Source: Squalus acanthias
Taxonomy: Eukaryota
Assembly: GCA_030390025.1 (NCBI GenBank)
Contig: CM059432.1
Coordinates: 145,702,001 to 145,766,000, forward strand
Direction of reading: 5' to 3'
DNA length: 64,000 nt
Shown piece after piece: positions 9,846 to 23,028 of this stretch; the first letter of the stretch is position 1, and each line of letters begins with the position of its first letter. Both the position numbers and the translations under genes were made by a program. Under the pieces are notes generated by a model. It was given only the letters and a program-made list of their open reading frames with translations, was not told where the DNA came from and ran no database searches.

Positions 9846-12161
9846 AGATGGTTGTCCTCGGACACTGCCCTGAGGAACTCCTGCAGCGATATCCTGGGGC
9901 TGTGATGATTGACCCTCAACCACCACAACCATCTTCCTTTGTGTTGGGTATGACTCCAGCCAGTGGAGCATTTTCCCCCCAATTCCCATTGACTTCAGTT
10001 TTACTAGGGCTCCTTGATGCCACTCTCGGTCAAATGCTGCCTTGATGTCAAGGGCAGTCATTCTCACCTCACCTCTGGAATTCAGCTCCTTTGTGCATGT
10101 TTGGACCAAGGCTGTAACGAGGTCGGGAGCCAAATGGTCTTGGCGGAACCCAAACTGGGCATCAGTGAGCAGGTTATTGGTGAGTAAGTGCCGCTTGATA
10201 GCACTGTCGATAACACCTTCCATCACTTTGCTGATGATTGAGAGTAGACTGATGGGGCGGTAATTGGCCGGGTTGGATTTGTCCAGCTTTTTGTGGACAG
10301 GAAATACCTGGGCAGTTTTCCAAATTGTCGGATAGATGCCAGTGTTGTAGCTGTACTGGAACAGCTTGGCTAGAGATGCAGCTAGTTCTGGCGCACAAGT
10401 CTTCAGCACGATAGCCGGGATGTTGTCGGGGCCCATAGCCTTTGCTGTATCCAGTGCACTCAGCCATTTCTTGATATCATGTGGAGTGAATTGAATTGGC
10501 TGAAGACTGGCTTCTGTGATGGTGGGGACCTCGGAGTAGGTCGATATGAATCATCCACTCGGCACTTCTGGCTGAAGATGGTTGCAAACGCTTCAGCCTT
10601 GTCTTTTGCACTCACGTGCTGGGCTCCACCATCATTGAGGATGGGGATCTTCATGGAGCCGCCTCCTCCTCCCGTTAGTTGTTTAATGGTTCACCACCAT
10701 TCACGACTGGATGTGGCAGGACTGCAGAGCTTTGATCTGATCTGTTGATTGTGGGATCGCTTAGCTCTGTCTATAGCATGCTGCTTCCACGTTTTAGCAT
10801 GCATGTAGTCCTGTGTTGCAGCTTCCCCAGGTTGGCACCTCATTTTTAGGTACGCCTGGTGCTGCTCCTGGCACGCTCTTCTACACTCCTTATTGAACCA
10901 GGGTTGGTCCCCTGGCTTGATGGTAATGGTAGAGTGAGGGATATGCTGGGCCATGAGGTCACAGATTGTGGTGGAATACAATTCTGCTGCTGCTGATGGC
11001 CCACAGTGCCTCAGTTTTGAGCTGCTAGATCTGTTCTGAAGCTATCCCATTTAACACGGTGGTAGTGCCACACAACACGATGGAGGGTGTCCTCAGTGTG
11101 AAGACGGGACTTCGTCTCCACAATGACTGTGCGGTGGTCACTGCTACCAATTCTGTCGTGGACAGATGCATCTGCGACAGGTAGATTGGTGAGGACGAGG
11201 TCAAGTAGGTTTTTCCCCTCGTGTTGGTTCTCTCACCACCTGTCGCAGGCCCAGACTGGCAGTTATGTCCTTCAGAACTCGGCCAGCTCAGTCAGTAGTG
11301 GTGCTAGCGAGCCACTCTTGGTGATGGACATTGAAGTCCCCCACCCGGAGTACATTCGGTGTCCTTGCTACTCTCAGTGCTTCTTCCAAGTGGTGTTCAA
11401 CATGGTGGAGTACTGATTCATCAGCTGAGGGAGGGCGGTAGGTGGTAATCAGCAGGAGGGTTCCTTGACCATGCTTCACCTGAAGCCATGAGACTTCATA
11501 GGGTCCGGAGTCAATGTTGAGGACTCCCAGGGCCACTCCTTCCCGACTGTATACCACTGTGCCACCACCCCTGGTGGGTCTGTCTTGCCGGTGGGACAGG
11601 ACATATCCAGGGATGGTGATGGAGGAGTTTGGGACATTGGCTGAAAGGTATGATTCTGTGAGTATGACTATATCAGGCTGTTGCTTGACAAGTCTGTGGG
11701 ACAGCTCTCCTAATTTTGGCACAAGTCCCTAGATGTTGGTGGGGAGGACTTTGCAGGGTCGACTGGGCTGGGTGTGCCGTTGCCCTGTCCGTAGCCGGTG
11801 CCGAGGTCGATGCCAGGTAGTCTGTCCGGTTTCATTCTTATTATTGTGTTTCGTAGCGGTTTGTTACAATTGAGTGTCTTGCTCGGCCATTTCAGAGGGC
11901 AGTTAAGAGTCAACCACATTGCTGTGGGTCTGGAGTCACATATAGGCCAGACCGGGTAAGGATGGCAGATTTCCTTCCCTAAAGGACATTAGTGAACCAG
12001 ATGGGATTTTTACCATTACTGATATTAGCTTTTTATTCCAGATTTATTTAATTAACTGAATTAAAATTTCCCAGCTGCCATGGAGGGATTTGAACTCACG
12101 ATCATTAGTCCAGGCCTCTGGATTACTAGCCCACTGACATTACCACTATGCTACCGTTCCC
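9846..12161 (-). mobile_element. CR1/L2-group LINE (degraded ORF2: APE endonuclease and RT) with tRNA-like 5' head
   Basis: Endonuclease motifs (PDIVILTES, YRPP, GDFNVH) at 11288-11722; RT motifs (GPDNIP, NYRPISLLS, QFGFR, LDIKAAFD, GVPQGS) at 9843-10436; frameshifted; 3' part missing. Confidence 0.85.
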
Positions 12162-12705
12162 GTATATAACGTGTATAACGGGCGGGTGTACAACAGGCAG
12201 GTGTACGATGGGTGGTGTGTACGATGGGTGGGTGTATATCGGGCAGGGTGTATAACGGGCGGGAAGTAAAACGCCGGGTGTATATCGGGCGGGGTGTATA
12301 ACGGGCGGGTGTATAACAGGCAGGTTGTATAACGGGCTGGTGTATAACGGGTGTGGTGTATGACGGGCAGGGTGTTTAACGGGCAGGGTGTATAACGGGC
12401 TAGGTGTATAACAGTCGGGGGCTTATAATGGGCGGGTGTATAACGGACAGGGTGTATAACGGGTGGGTGTATAACGGACAGGGTGTATAATGGGCGGGGT
12501 GTATAACGGGTGATGAGTAAAAAATGGGTGGGGTGTATAACGGGCTGGGTGAATAACGGACAAGGTGTATAACGGGCGGGGTGTATAATGGGCGATGAGT
12601 TAAAAACGGATGAGGTGTATAACAGGTGGGACGTGTGACAGGTGGGGTGTATAACAGGCTGGGCGTGACAGGCAGGACATGTGACAGGTGGGGCGTGTGA
12701 CAGGG
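12162..12705. repeat. Degenerate minisatellite, unit about 15-16 bp (GGGTGTATAACGGGC)
   Basis: Many diverged tandem copies, grading into GTGTGACAGGTGGG-type units at the right end. Confidence 0.85.
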
Positions 12706-13559
12706 CAGTTGATCTGATATTGCCGATTTTACACCTGAAGTTGAAAGTTTTGCCCAGTATATTTACACATGTAGCTGCCAGGGGAAGTGAGTGTTAACTC
12801 TCTTTAAGTACAATGCTGACGGTTTCAATAATCATCTGGTGGAGTTGGACAATTTAAATGGTTCAGCTTCTCACTGAATCAACTCACTGAAGCATCAGGG
12901 TAGCTCACACATCAGCTCAGACAATAAAGATCCAACGTAAGGCAAAGCCCTCTGCTCAGGCTCATGCGCAGGACTATATTGTCACCAACAATTTTACTTT
13001 TTTGGGGTTACAAATCTTTGATTTTTTTTTTTAAACAGTATTACATTTGAGCCGTAATATTTTTTAAATTATCTGGGAACAGACACGAGATGTAATAAAA
13101 AAGCAAAAACACTTCATTTTTTGTGACATGTTTGAAATTTTGCTTCCGTAAACATTTCCTCTCTGATGTTCGCTTTACCCTGGACCAGTAACTGTGACAC
13201 GATGCCCCCAACAAAATCTCTAACGCAGTTTGCGTTATCGATTTTAATTTCAAAAATATGAAAAATAATAGCCTTGAAATTGACAGTAGCGGGGGACCCT
13301 CGGTCAAGGGAGACCTTCGGTTGTGCCCCTGAGCACCCCCCCACCCCTCAATCACAGGTTCAGCGACATTTACGGATTTGGTCTGGGGAGACAAGTTGCG
13401 GCGATCAATTGTGTTAAGGAAACTGGCCATTTAAAATTCAACGCTCTCTCACCCAGCATTGCTAGGGGGAAAAGAGATATGTTGTGTGATGTACTCCCGT
13501 CCATCGCCTCGTTAAAGTTTATCTGCCTGTAGTTAGGTGAACAGATCTACAGCCAACAC

Positions 13560-14060
13560 AATAGCAAAATACTGCGGATGCTGGAAATCTGAAATAACAA
13601 CAGAAAATGCTGGAAGCACTCAGCAGGCCAGGCAGCATCCGTGGAGAGAGAAACAGAGTTAACGTTTCAGGTCTGGGACCCTTCTTCAGAACTGGAAAAG
13701 GTTAGAGATGTAACAGATTTTAAGCAGGTGCAGAGGCAGGGAGCGGCGGGGGGTGGGGGGGGTGTAGGGGAGGGGAGGATCTGAAGGAACAGTCTATGCT
13801 AGGGTAGGAGGCAGGAAAGATTAAATGTTGCAAATGGGGATGGTAGAATCATACAGCCTGAAAAATGGGGGCAGGGGTTATCGTCTGAAATTGTTGAACT
13901 CAAAGTTGAGTCCAGAAGACTGTAAAGTGCCTAATCGAAAGATGAGGTGCTGTTCCTCGAGCTTACGTTGAGCTTCATTGGAACAGTGTAAGTGGCTGAG
14001 GACAGAGAGATCAGAGTGGGAGTGAAGTGGAGAATTAAAGTGACAAGCGACCGGAAGCTT
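13560..14060 (-). mobile_element. Penelope-like element 3' fragment
   Basis: ORF 13878-14102 (LPVACHFNSP..HSHSD...RKLEEQHLIFRLGTLQ..GLN) is a GIY-YIG C-terminus. Confidence 0.85.
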
Positions 14061-14779
14061 GGGGTCATAGCCAATCTCACTGCTGGTAGGAAACGGCCAC
14101 ATGTACCATCCAGGACAGCGGGAAGCAGATCCCTGCCTGCCCAGGCTTAATGCTAAAATCAGATAAGAAATTCAGGGCTAATATATTTTAGTTATTTAAG
14201 ATGCATATTCGAGTAGGAAAATACTCCTGATATCTTAGTTGCATTATTAGTCCAGCATAAAGGGATTTTTCAGCATCATAATGTGTGAACTTAAATGGTC
14301 TTTTAAAAATGCCTGGCACAGCACTCCCAGAGTTGTCAGTTGGTTAATATCTACCAAAACTTTACTTGTGGCATCAATGATACAAGATTACTTTTATAGA
14401 CTAAGAAAGAAAAAAACGTGTATTAAAAATAACTTGGAGACAAATTAACAAGTGTTTATTATAAATTGCTTTTTTTTTGTAGTTATATTGCCAACAAACT
14501 AACTTTTAAAAATCAGCTATTCTATGTAGTCAGTGGCCACAGATACTTTAGAGGAACCAATTCTGTGAAGGCAGAAGATTTCATCGGGGGGAAAAAAAAT
14601 CTGTCAACCACATCTCGCTGCAGAAACATTCATCTTTCTATTTCTGTCTGAGTTCAGGGAAGAGGCAAAACCGGCAACCTAGAAAACTGTCAAAACCTGA
14701 CACTGGCCCAAGCCTGCTGACAGACGAAAAGCAGCACAAAATATAGGCTGATGTGTGAAGAACCCTTCCTCCCTAAACC

Positions 14780-15055
14780 TCTCCAGCTGGACGTAAAAGA
14801 TTCCATGGCACTATTTGAAGAAGAGCAGGAGCATTCTCCCTGGTGTCCTGGACAATATTTATCCCTCAATCAAAATCACTAAAAACACGAATTATCTGAT
14901 CAATGCCACATTGCTGTTTGTGGGACCTTGCTGTGCACAAATAGACTGCTACATTATAACAGTGACTACACTTCGAAAAGTACTTAATTGGCTGTAAAGC
15001 GCTTTGGCATTTTTCTGAGATCGTGAAAGGCGCTATATAAATGCAAGTCTTTTTA
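14780..15055 (+). mobile_element. Deu-domain SINE fragment (SacSINE1-like)
   Basis: GTAAAAGATTCCATGGCACTATTTGAAGAAGAGCAGG...GCTATATAAATGCAAGT; same family at about 19450-19740, 20090-20490, 20560-20880 (minus), 55150-55290 and 58490-58720. Confidence 0.6.
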
Positions 15056-16676
15056 AATAACTCTTATTTTGAAGTAGCTTTACCAGGAGCCAGGTTGAGT
15101 CAGTATCACTGGAACAAAATGCTGGAACCAGTTCTGCTGAAGAGCCACATCCAAACACTTTTCCTCTTTTAGAAGCTGATCAACCTGTTGTGCATTTCAC
15201 ACATTTACAAACGGACAAGTGGATCTTCCACAACTTTGGACAGTGGTGTTGGGCACGTGGTCTCGCTCTTACATTTTCTAGTTGTCTTTATGTTGCTGCT
15301 TCTCTCTCTCTGGGAATGAAATTCTACAAAGGTTCCTACGATCAGCTGCCATGCAAACCCTGGCTAGACTCGTAAATGGAGCTTCTGGCAATTTTCTGCA
15401 GAAGATATGGTGGCAGACAGGGAGAACCTTGAGGAAATTCTCAGTGCCTGTCCCTTTTCTTTTGCTTTGGTGCGGGGGGAGGGGGGAGGCGGGGTTTGGT
15501 GCGGTGGGGTGGGGGGTCTGATGCGGGGGTGGGGCAGAGATCGGAGCTGCTGATGGATGTTACAGGGATAATGTCCTCACAGCTACCTCACCACCCCTCT
15601 TCCACATCACTGGTGCTTCCCCCAACTCCTTTCCTCCCATTGCATTCTCTACCCTTCCCCTTCCTAAAACCCCCTCCCTCCCATTCCTACCTGAACTTTT
15701 TCCTCTTCGAACTACAGACTCAACCCTATATCCACCCCTCCCCTTCACTTCAGTTACTCAGCACACCCTTAACTTTCCATCCGCTCCACCTCATGGCAAG
15801 AGTGTGGTGAGAGGTCAGAGGTCCCTTCATGCTTACCATGTTTCCTCCTCTCCTATCCATTTTCCACAAAAAGACTTTGGCCGAGATTATGCGGCGGTTT
15901 AGCGGGTGGGATCGGTGGCGGGTCGAGTTTTTTTTGACAGAGGGTCAGGAACCCACTGTCAACCCGCCACAACGCGCCTTTCCCAATATCGGGTCTGTCA
16001 ATGCCAACTGGCAGCGGCTGGGGACCCAATTAAAATCTTTAGCATCTAGTTGATAGATGCTGAACAGGCTTTTTTAACTTAACTTTTGACTTTAACTGCA
16101 TGACCACGGGAACCACGCTGTTCGGGGACCCTGGCTGTCAATCTGAGGCATGAGTTCAGTGGCCATTGCTCCAGCTGATTACTTGACAGCTTCAAATGTA
16201 CAGTAAAAGCTCCCACCTGACAGATCATCACTTTCCTCAGCCACAAGCTGTTTCTCAGTCCATTTCCAGCACAGATTCTGCACGCTTTCTACTTTCCACT
16301 CTCCATCCACTCTCACCTCATTGGGAGAACTGTCTTCATGCATGCTTCTGTCATCTGTACTTCACCTGCCATCTATTCCATCAACATGGGTGCCCTTTAT
16401 ACTGTCTCACCTTGGTCCTCATAATCCGAACACGATCAGCCCCAATGCCAGCATCACCAGGCATACCAGCAGCACCAACAACAACACCAACCTTCTCCGC
16501 AATCACTTGATGCTGTACAGGACAGAGGGCATCAGCACCCGACCACATTGCTGCCCGGGAGGCCAAGGATGGCCTCCCCATGGCCAGATTTACTTCAATT
16601 GATGCTGTACACCCTGGCTGCCACATGATGTGCCAGGTTGGCACCACCTCACACCAACACCATAAAGCATTCCTAC

Positions 16677-17479
16677 TGTAAGAAATCATGGATTGGAAGA
16701 AATAATAGTCTGTTACGGGTTCCCTAGATCAGCAGTTTGCCTAAGTTGATGACACAGAAGGATTCCAGTCATGTCAGAAAAAGAGTTGTACAGAGAGCTG
16801 AATTACGAGGTCAGAGCACAAAAACAGGCCTTCAAGGCATAGCTTTGCTAATGAGGGATTTAGCAAGGAGCCTTAAAGATAAACAAGCTGTCTCTTGAAA
16901 GGGCAACAAGACATTGAGAAGAGAGATAGGGAAATAGCTGATCTCTGCAAGATGGGAGGGGGGTGGGGGGAGGCTGTCAGAGGTACCCTCTCCCTTGTAA
17001 TTGGACAATGGGATGGATAAAAATGATTGACACCCGGTATCCACCAGCCCATCGAAATAAGGTATAAAAACGGGCGACCGAGAGAGGAAAACAGGCAGTT
17101 AGGGGCGAAGGATTCCCCCCAGGTGGCTACGGCCTAACACCTTGGTCAAGTTCAGCCTAAGGTGGATCAATGCTGGCCTACAGCCTAACACCTCCAACAG
17201 CTCGAGGGACGACCCAACGGAAGTGACCGCTGCCGCAGACTGCAGGAAACCACCCAATCCGGGACCACCATACTGCCTCCCCGTCTGTCTGTTCGGTCAT
17301 TTCATTCCGCTCTGGGGCTGTAGATCGCCCTCATCTATCACGGGTTGTATGTCGACTATATCTATTTCAATCGCATGTAGTATCTGATTATGCTTAAGCT
17401 GTAGCTCTCTAATAAAAGGCCTTATAACATCTAAGACCCTTTGGGTAATGTGTGTGTGACCTGTGATCCAAATCATACA
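16677..17479 (+). mobile_element. Solo LTR (803 bp)
   Basis: TGTAAGA...TCATACA termini, 4-bp TSD CTAC (16673-16676 and 17480-17483), TATAAAA at about 17063, AATAAA at 17411; absent from the duplicated copy at about 18075. Confidence 0.88.
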
Positions 17480-18499
17480 CTACAATGTCAAGCCATTCCT
17501 TTCACACTCACCACCATTGCGGGGGCTACCGTTATGTCTCACCGTTCACTGCAACTCACTAAGCCACTTCCAAAGGTGCACACAAATCTGTCCAAGAACG
17601 GAGAGTGTTGAAAATAAAGGTTTCAATGGTTGCCAGCACATTAATAAAAACTTTACATGAACATTGGATAAAATACCCAAGTGGCTACCCTTGTGTGTTG
17701 TTAGTTGGTATGGTTGCACTAGGATGAGGGCGAGTGTGAGGGGTGGCCAGTGAGATGGGATGTGATAATGTAGATAGAGAGAGAGGGATCGGTGCCCTTG
17801 AAACTATCTCACCTTGGTCCTCACAATCCCACCACGATCAGCCCCAACACCAGCAGCACCAGGCACACCAGCAGCACCAACAATAACACCAACCTTCTCC
17901 GCAATCAACTGATGCTGCACAGGACAGAGGGCATCAGCACCCGACCACATTGCTGCCCGGGACGCCAGGGATGGCCTCACCATAGCCAGATTTACTTCAC
18001 TTGATGCTGTACACCCTAGCTGCCACATGATGTGCCAGGTTGGTACCACCCCACACCAACATCATAAAGCATCCCTACAAAGCCCAAGCCATTCCTTCCA
18101 CACTCATCACCATTGCGGGGGGTACCATTATGTCTCACCGTTCACTGCAACTCACTAAGTCACTTTCAAAGGTGCACACAAATCTGTCCATGAACGCAAA
18201 GTGTTGAAAATAAAGATTTCAATGTTTGACAGCACATTAACAGAAACTTCACATGAACATTGGCTAAAACACCCAAGTGCCTACCCTTGTGTGTTGTTAC
18301 TTGGTATGATTGCACTAGGATGAGGTTGAGTGTGAGGGGTGACTAGTGAGATGGGAAAGTGATAATGTAGAGAGGGATGGGTGGAGGTGCAAGGTAAGTT
18401 GGTGTGAGTAAGGATGTGCAGGAGTAGGGTAGGGAAGGTAGAGTGATGGGGATGTGATGAGAGGCACAGCAGGATGAGGTTGAGTGTGGCTTTGTACTA

Positions 18500-18735
18500 A
18501 CGTTTTGTGATCTACTGAGATCATTGAAAAGTTTGCGCCACTGCAGCCTGGTCCTCCTGACAACATCCCTGCTTGTGCCCTCCTGTGCAATGTGCAACCA
18601 GGTTGCGTTGGTCTCCTGGGGAGGTCTCTTCCGCCCCTCGGAAGGGAAGAGGACCTCCCTGCGTGCTGTGACTCCCTCCAAACGCATATGGAGGGAGTCA
18701 TGGGAGAACCTGGGTGCAGCCGTGCACCTCTGTGC
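18500..18735 (-). pseudogene. Remnant Harbinger Myb/SANT exon
   Basis: AAPRFSHDSL...RREVLFP...W..IA...RRT..QWRKLFNDL, homologous to 8143-8379. Confidence 0.75.
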
Positions 18736-20089
18736 AGTGACTGTCAGTGATTGCAGCACCTCAATGCTGTAGAACACTGACAGCACAAATGTAAGTGGCC
18801 ATGGCCCCTTTAAGGAAACCGTCTCAAGATGCGTCATGAATGACATCACCAGACCTGCTCCTTCTAATTGGGCAGGGAAACACGCTGGGTGGGCTTAACA
18901 AGCCCCATTGAGGTAAGTTCATTTTCCAGAGTGGGATGGAGCCAGCAGTGGGGCCACGACCCACCACCGTCATCGCCTGCCCTGGATCCGCTGAGGTATG
19001 GAAAATCTCAGCCTATGTCTTCTTTCAATTTACGTGCTTTGTAAAAAAAAAAAAAATCCCAGAAAGATCTAGGTGTCAGCAATTAGAATGTTTACATATT
19101 TTTATTTTAACAAAATACAGGTGAAATAATCAGAAGCTTTCTGTTTGTTTAAAATTTAACATTTTTTTGCAAGATGAAGTAAATTAGGATAAGGAAAGAC
19201 ACTAGCGTATATCTTCCATTGGCCTACTTCCAAATTATACCCACATGATGGGCACCATGCAGAGGAATGGACATTAATTCCTCCCAGTTGTGTGCCTGAG
19301 GAACATTATCCCCCAAACTACCCCTATGACTTTTCTGGTGTGACTATACCTGAAGAGGGTGTAGCAATTTAAATTACATGTAAATAGATGCCAAATGGGC
19401 CTACACACTGATTTCCCCTCCGGTAACACTAGGTGCAAATCAGGGCCAGCTTTTGGATGAAACATTAAACTGAGGTCCGTTTGCCTGTTCAGGTGGACAT
19501 AAAATTATTCAAAGAGCAGGGAGTTCTCCCTGGTTTTCTGGCCAACATTTATTCCTCAACCACCACCAAACAGATTAACTGGTTATTTATCTCATGGCTG
19601 TTTGTGGGATCTTGCTGTGTTCAAATTGGCTGCCGCGTTTCTCTAAATCGCAACAGAGACTGCTTCAAAAGTAATTCATTGGCTGTGAAGTTTTTGGGAC
19701 AAGCTGAGGATGCAAAAGGCACTATATAAATGCAATGTTTATTATAAAATCTAAACCCGTATAGTATAGCCTAGATCAGATTGTGAAGGGCTGAAGATAG
19801 GAGAAGTGAACAGGGATAGCAATGAGTGGTGAGGATTGGATTGAACTATTTCAAACCCCAAATAAATAATACATGTATTCTGTTTTTCTTTAAATAATGT
19901 TTACACATTATAATTGGGTATATTGGTTACCCATTATGATGTACACCTTTCAGGAAGTTTACCAAAGTCACAGCTCCATCACCTGACCAAGAACTCTGCC
20001 GAGAAATCTAGTTCCCCAGCTCACAAACCATGGCTGCTTCTTCTAAAGTTAGAGCAACTGTTAAAATAAACATCCTTTTCTAAGTAGGG

Positions 20090-20490
20090 TATAACCACAG
20101 TGGCTCAGTGGTTAGCACTCTCGTCTCTGAGTCAGACGGTTGTGGGTTCAAGTCGCCCTCCATGAGACTTGAGCACAAACATCTAGGCTGACACTCTCAG
20201 AGCAGTAGTGAGGGAGTGTGGTGCTGTCGTTTGGATGAGACATTAAACTGAGGCCCTGTCTGCTCTCTCAGGTGGATGCAAAAGAGCCCATGGCACTCTT
20301 TTGAAGAAGAGCAGGGGAGCTATTCCTGGGGCATCACTAAAACAGATTATTTGGTCATTATCACATTGCTGTTTGTGGGAGCTTGCTGTGCGTTTCCTAC
20401 ATTACAACAGTGACTATACTTCATTGGCTGTAAAGTGCTTTGGAATGTCCCGAGGTCATGAAAGCCACTACATAAATGCAACTCTTTCTT
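20090..20490 (+). mobile_element. Near full-length tRNA-headed Deu-domain SINE
   Basis: Box A/B-like GTGGCTCAGTGGTTAGC...GGGTTCAAGTC followed by the Deu-like body. Confidence 0.65.
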
Positions 20491-21659
20491 TTCACAGCTG
20501 CTACCACATTTTATTTATACTGCCATCATTGTTTCATTCCATCAGGATCACGCCGTGACAGAATCTGCGCTATTCGTGCTCAGAAAATGTCCTGCAAACA
20601 GCAATGAATTAAGTGACCAGTAAACAGTTTTAAGGTAGTGTTGGGTGTTAGCTAAAGGACTAATGTCGCCCAGGACAGCAGGAAAACCGCAACTTCCTGT
20701 TCTTCTTCCAGTCGTGCCATTTATGTGCACCTGAGCTGTCAGAAGGAGCCTCGGTTTAACGTCTCAATTAAAAGACAGCAGCTATGACACTGCAGCACTC
20801 AGTACTACAATGAAGCATTACCCTAGCTTACACACTGAAGTTTTGGAGTGGGGCTTGAAGCCCTGTCCTTCTGACTCAAAAGATGGGTTTTTACGACAAT
20901 CCGGTAGTTTCATGGTCACTATTACTGATACTAGCTTTTTATTCTAGATTTATTTAATTAACTGTGGTGGGATTGGAACTCATGTCTCCAGATCATTAAG
21001 TCGAAGCCTCTGGCTTACTAGTCCAGTAACCTAACTACTGTGCTACTGTACCCTACGAGCAGAGTGTCAGTAGCTCACAGGTCAAGCACAGGTTTCCTTT
21101 CACAGTTCGTATGTACAGATAATTCTGCAAGAATTATTGCAGCTTTCAATAGTTTGAAGCCTTCAGCAAGCTCCTTAATGTTACATTGGTATGTGGCAAT
21201 ACATTCAGCTTTTAATAAATATTTGATTAATTCAGCTTAGACTCTGTCTTTTAAAAAAATGTTTATAAATAGCACAGGTTTCAGAGCAGTTCTACCTCTG
21301 AGCTGTTCTTTAGTTCTCAGGATGGAAGCAAAAATGGTAAAGTTACATTTATTGCCCATCCCTTTTGCCGTGGGACGATGGTGATGGGTCATCTTTTTAG
21401 TGATTGTTGGAGAAGCTGATTAGGCCATTTCAGTCACAAGGGGACAATATTAAACTTAACTCAGTGGGTGGGAAACTGACAGAATTAGGTGGAATGCCAG
21501 TTTTATTTCCCACCCAGTATTATTTTCTACTGACTTCAACGGAGGGTAAAAATCGGACGGGATGCAAAACCAATTCAGTTTTCCAACAGACGGATTAGGT
21601 TAAAATTGCCCCCAGTGTTAATGGCACTGAGGTAGAGATTTAAAAAAATAAATTATTTA

Positions 21660-22400
21660 TTTGTTTTTTTATGGGATGTGGGCATCGCTGGCAAGGCCAG
21701 CATTTATTGCCCATCTCTAATTGCCCTTGAGAAGGTGGTGGTGAGCTGCCTTCTTGAACCGCTGCAGTCCGTGTGGTGAAGGTGCTCCCATAGTGCCATT
21801 AGGGAAGGAGTTCTAGGATTTTGACCCAGCGATGATGAAGGAATAGCGATATACTTCTAAGTCAGGATGATGTGTGACTTGGAGGGGAACATGGAGGTGG
21901 TGGTGTTCCCATGCGCCTGCTGCCCTTGTCCTTCTAGGTGGTAGAGGTCATGGGTTTGGGAGGTACTGCCGAAGAAGCCTTGGTGAGTTGCTGCAGTGTA
22001 TCTTGTAGATGGTACACACTGCAGCCACGGTACGCCGGTCGGTGGTGGAGGGAGTGAATGTTTAAGGTGGTGGATGGGGTGCCAATCAAGCGGGCTGCTT
22101 TTCCTGGATGGTGTCGAGCTTCTTGAGTGTTGTTGGAGCTGCACTCATCCAGGCAAGTGGAGAGTATTCATCACACTCCTGACTTGTGCCTTGTAGATGG
22201 TGGAAAGAGATGGAAGGTTCTCTTCCCTGAAGGGGAATTTCTGAACCAGTTGCATTTTTTTAATATAACAATCTAGCTATTATTCTGGCATTAATCACAA
22301 ATTACCAGATTTACTGAGCCGAATCATCACAATTAGTCACCATGGAATTTGAACTCCTAGCCAGTGGGATGCGAGACCAGTACCAGAATCACACACACTC
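21660..22400 (-). mobile_element. 3' end of the CR1/L2-group LINE family followed by a degenerate tRNA-like head
   Basis: GGATGTGGGCATCGCTGGCAAGGCCAGCATTTATTGCCCA 3' end (also at 63750-64000); head-like sequence at about 22210-22400. Confidence 0.65.
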
Positions 22401-23028
22401 CTACACCCAACAGCGGAGGGCCAAGAGCAGTAAATAGGGTGCAGCATTAACAAATTGGAGGGAATAATAGACAGGAAAATATTTTCCTTTAAATTTTCTT
22501 GGATCATTTCCCATTTGGGAATTTTCTTTTGATTCAACAGATGAATTGCCCTCCTCTAGCTTACAATTTTCACTTTATATTCAAAATCTTACCTTTAGAT
22601 TTCTTTCCATGGAGCGTTTGCTCAACTCTACATTCTTTTGCTCTGTATTTGGAAATGTGCAGCCCATCAAGCTCTTTGAGGTTAGTGACTTCAGCATAAC
22701 TTACCAGAAAAAAAAACATGCATGTGTTGCATTTTATGTCATTTAGTATGAATAAATGCAGGCATTGAGTCAGTGAGGCTATGGCTGCTGATCTGTGCAC
22801 AGAGTAGAGAGATATGATCAAGTGCAAATATGATGGCAGAATAGATTTTAATTCGTCAGACTTAACGGAAGGAGTGGGAACAGAAGCAAAAATATTTCCT
22901 TCCTGGGCAAGTTCATGGCCTGCTCTTTGACCCAGATGGTTAAGGAACATGGGGGAAGGAGGCAACTCTGGATCTGACTGAACAAGTTAAGATTAGTGCA
23001 CATCTTGGAATCAATGATAGAAGATAAT

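Larger units (their letters stand above)
15879..19013. mobile_element. Degraded non-autonomous Harbinger-like element
   Basis: Termini GGCCGAGATT / AATCTCAGCC; retains a Myb/SANT exon remnant; internal duplication of about 590 bp; TSD not clean (TTT vs TAT). Confidence 0.65.

Noticed and set aside
12162..12705. Telomeric repeat
   Set aside because: The unit is not TTAGGG and is highly degenerate.
20095..20160. tRNA genes (also about 1745-1810 and 12086-12155)
   Set aside because: Only box A/B-like heads attached to SINE/LINE bodies; no complete cloverleaf seen.
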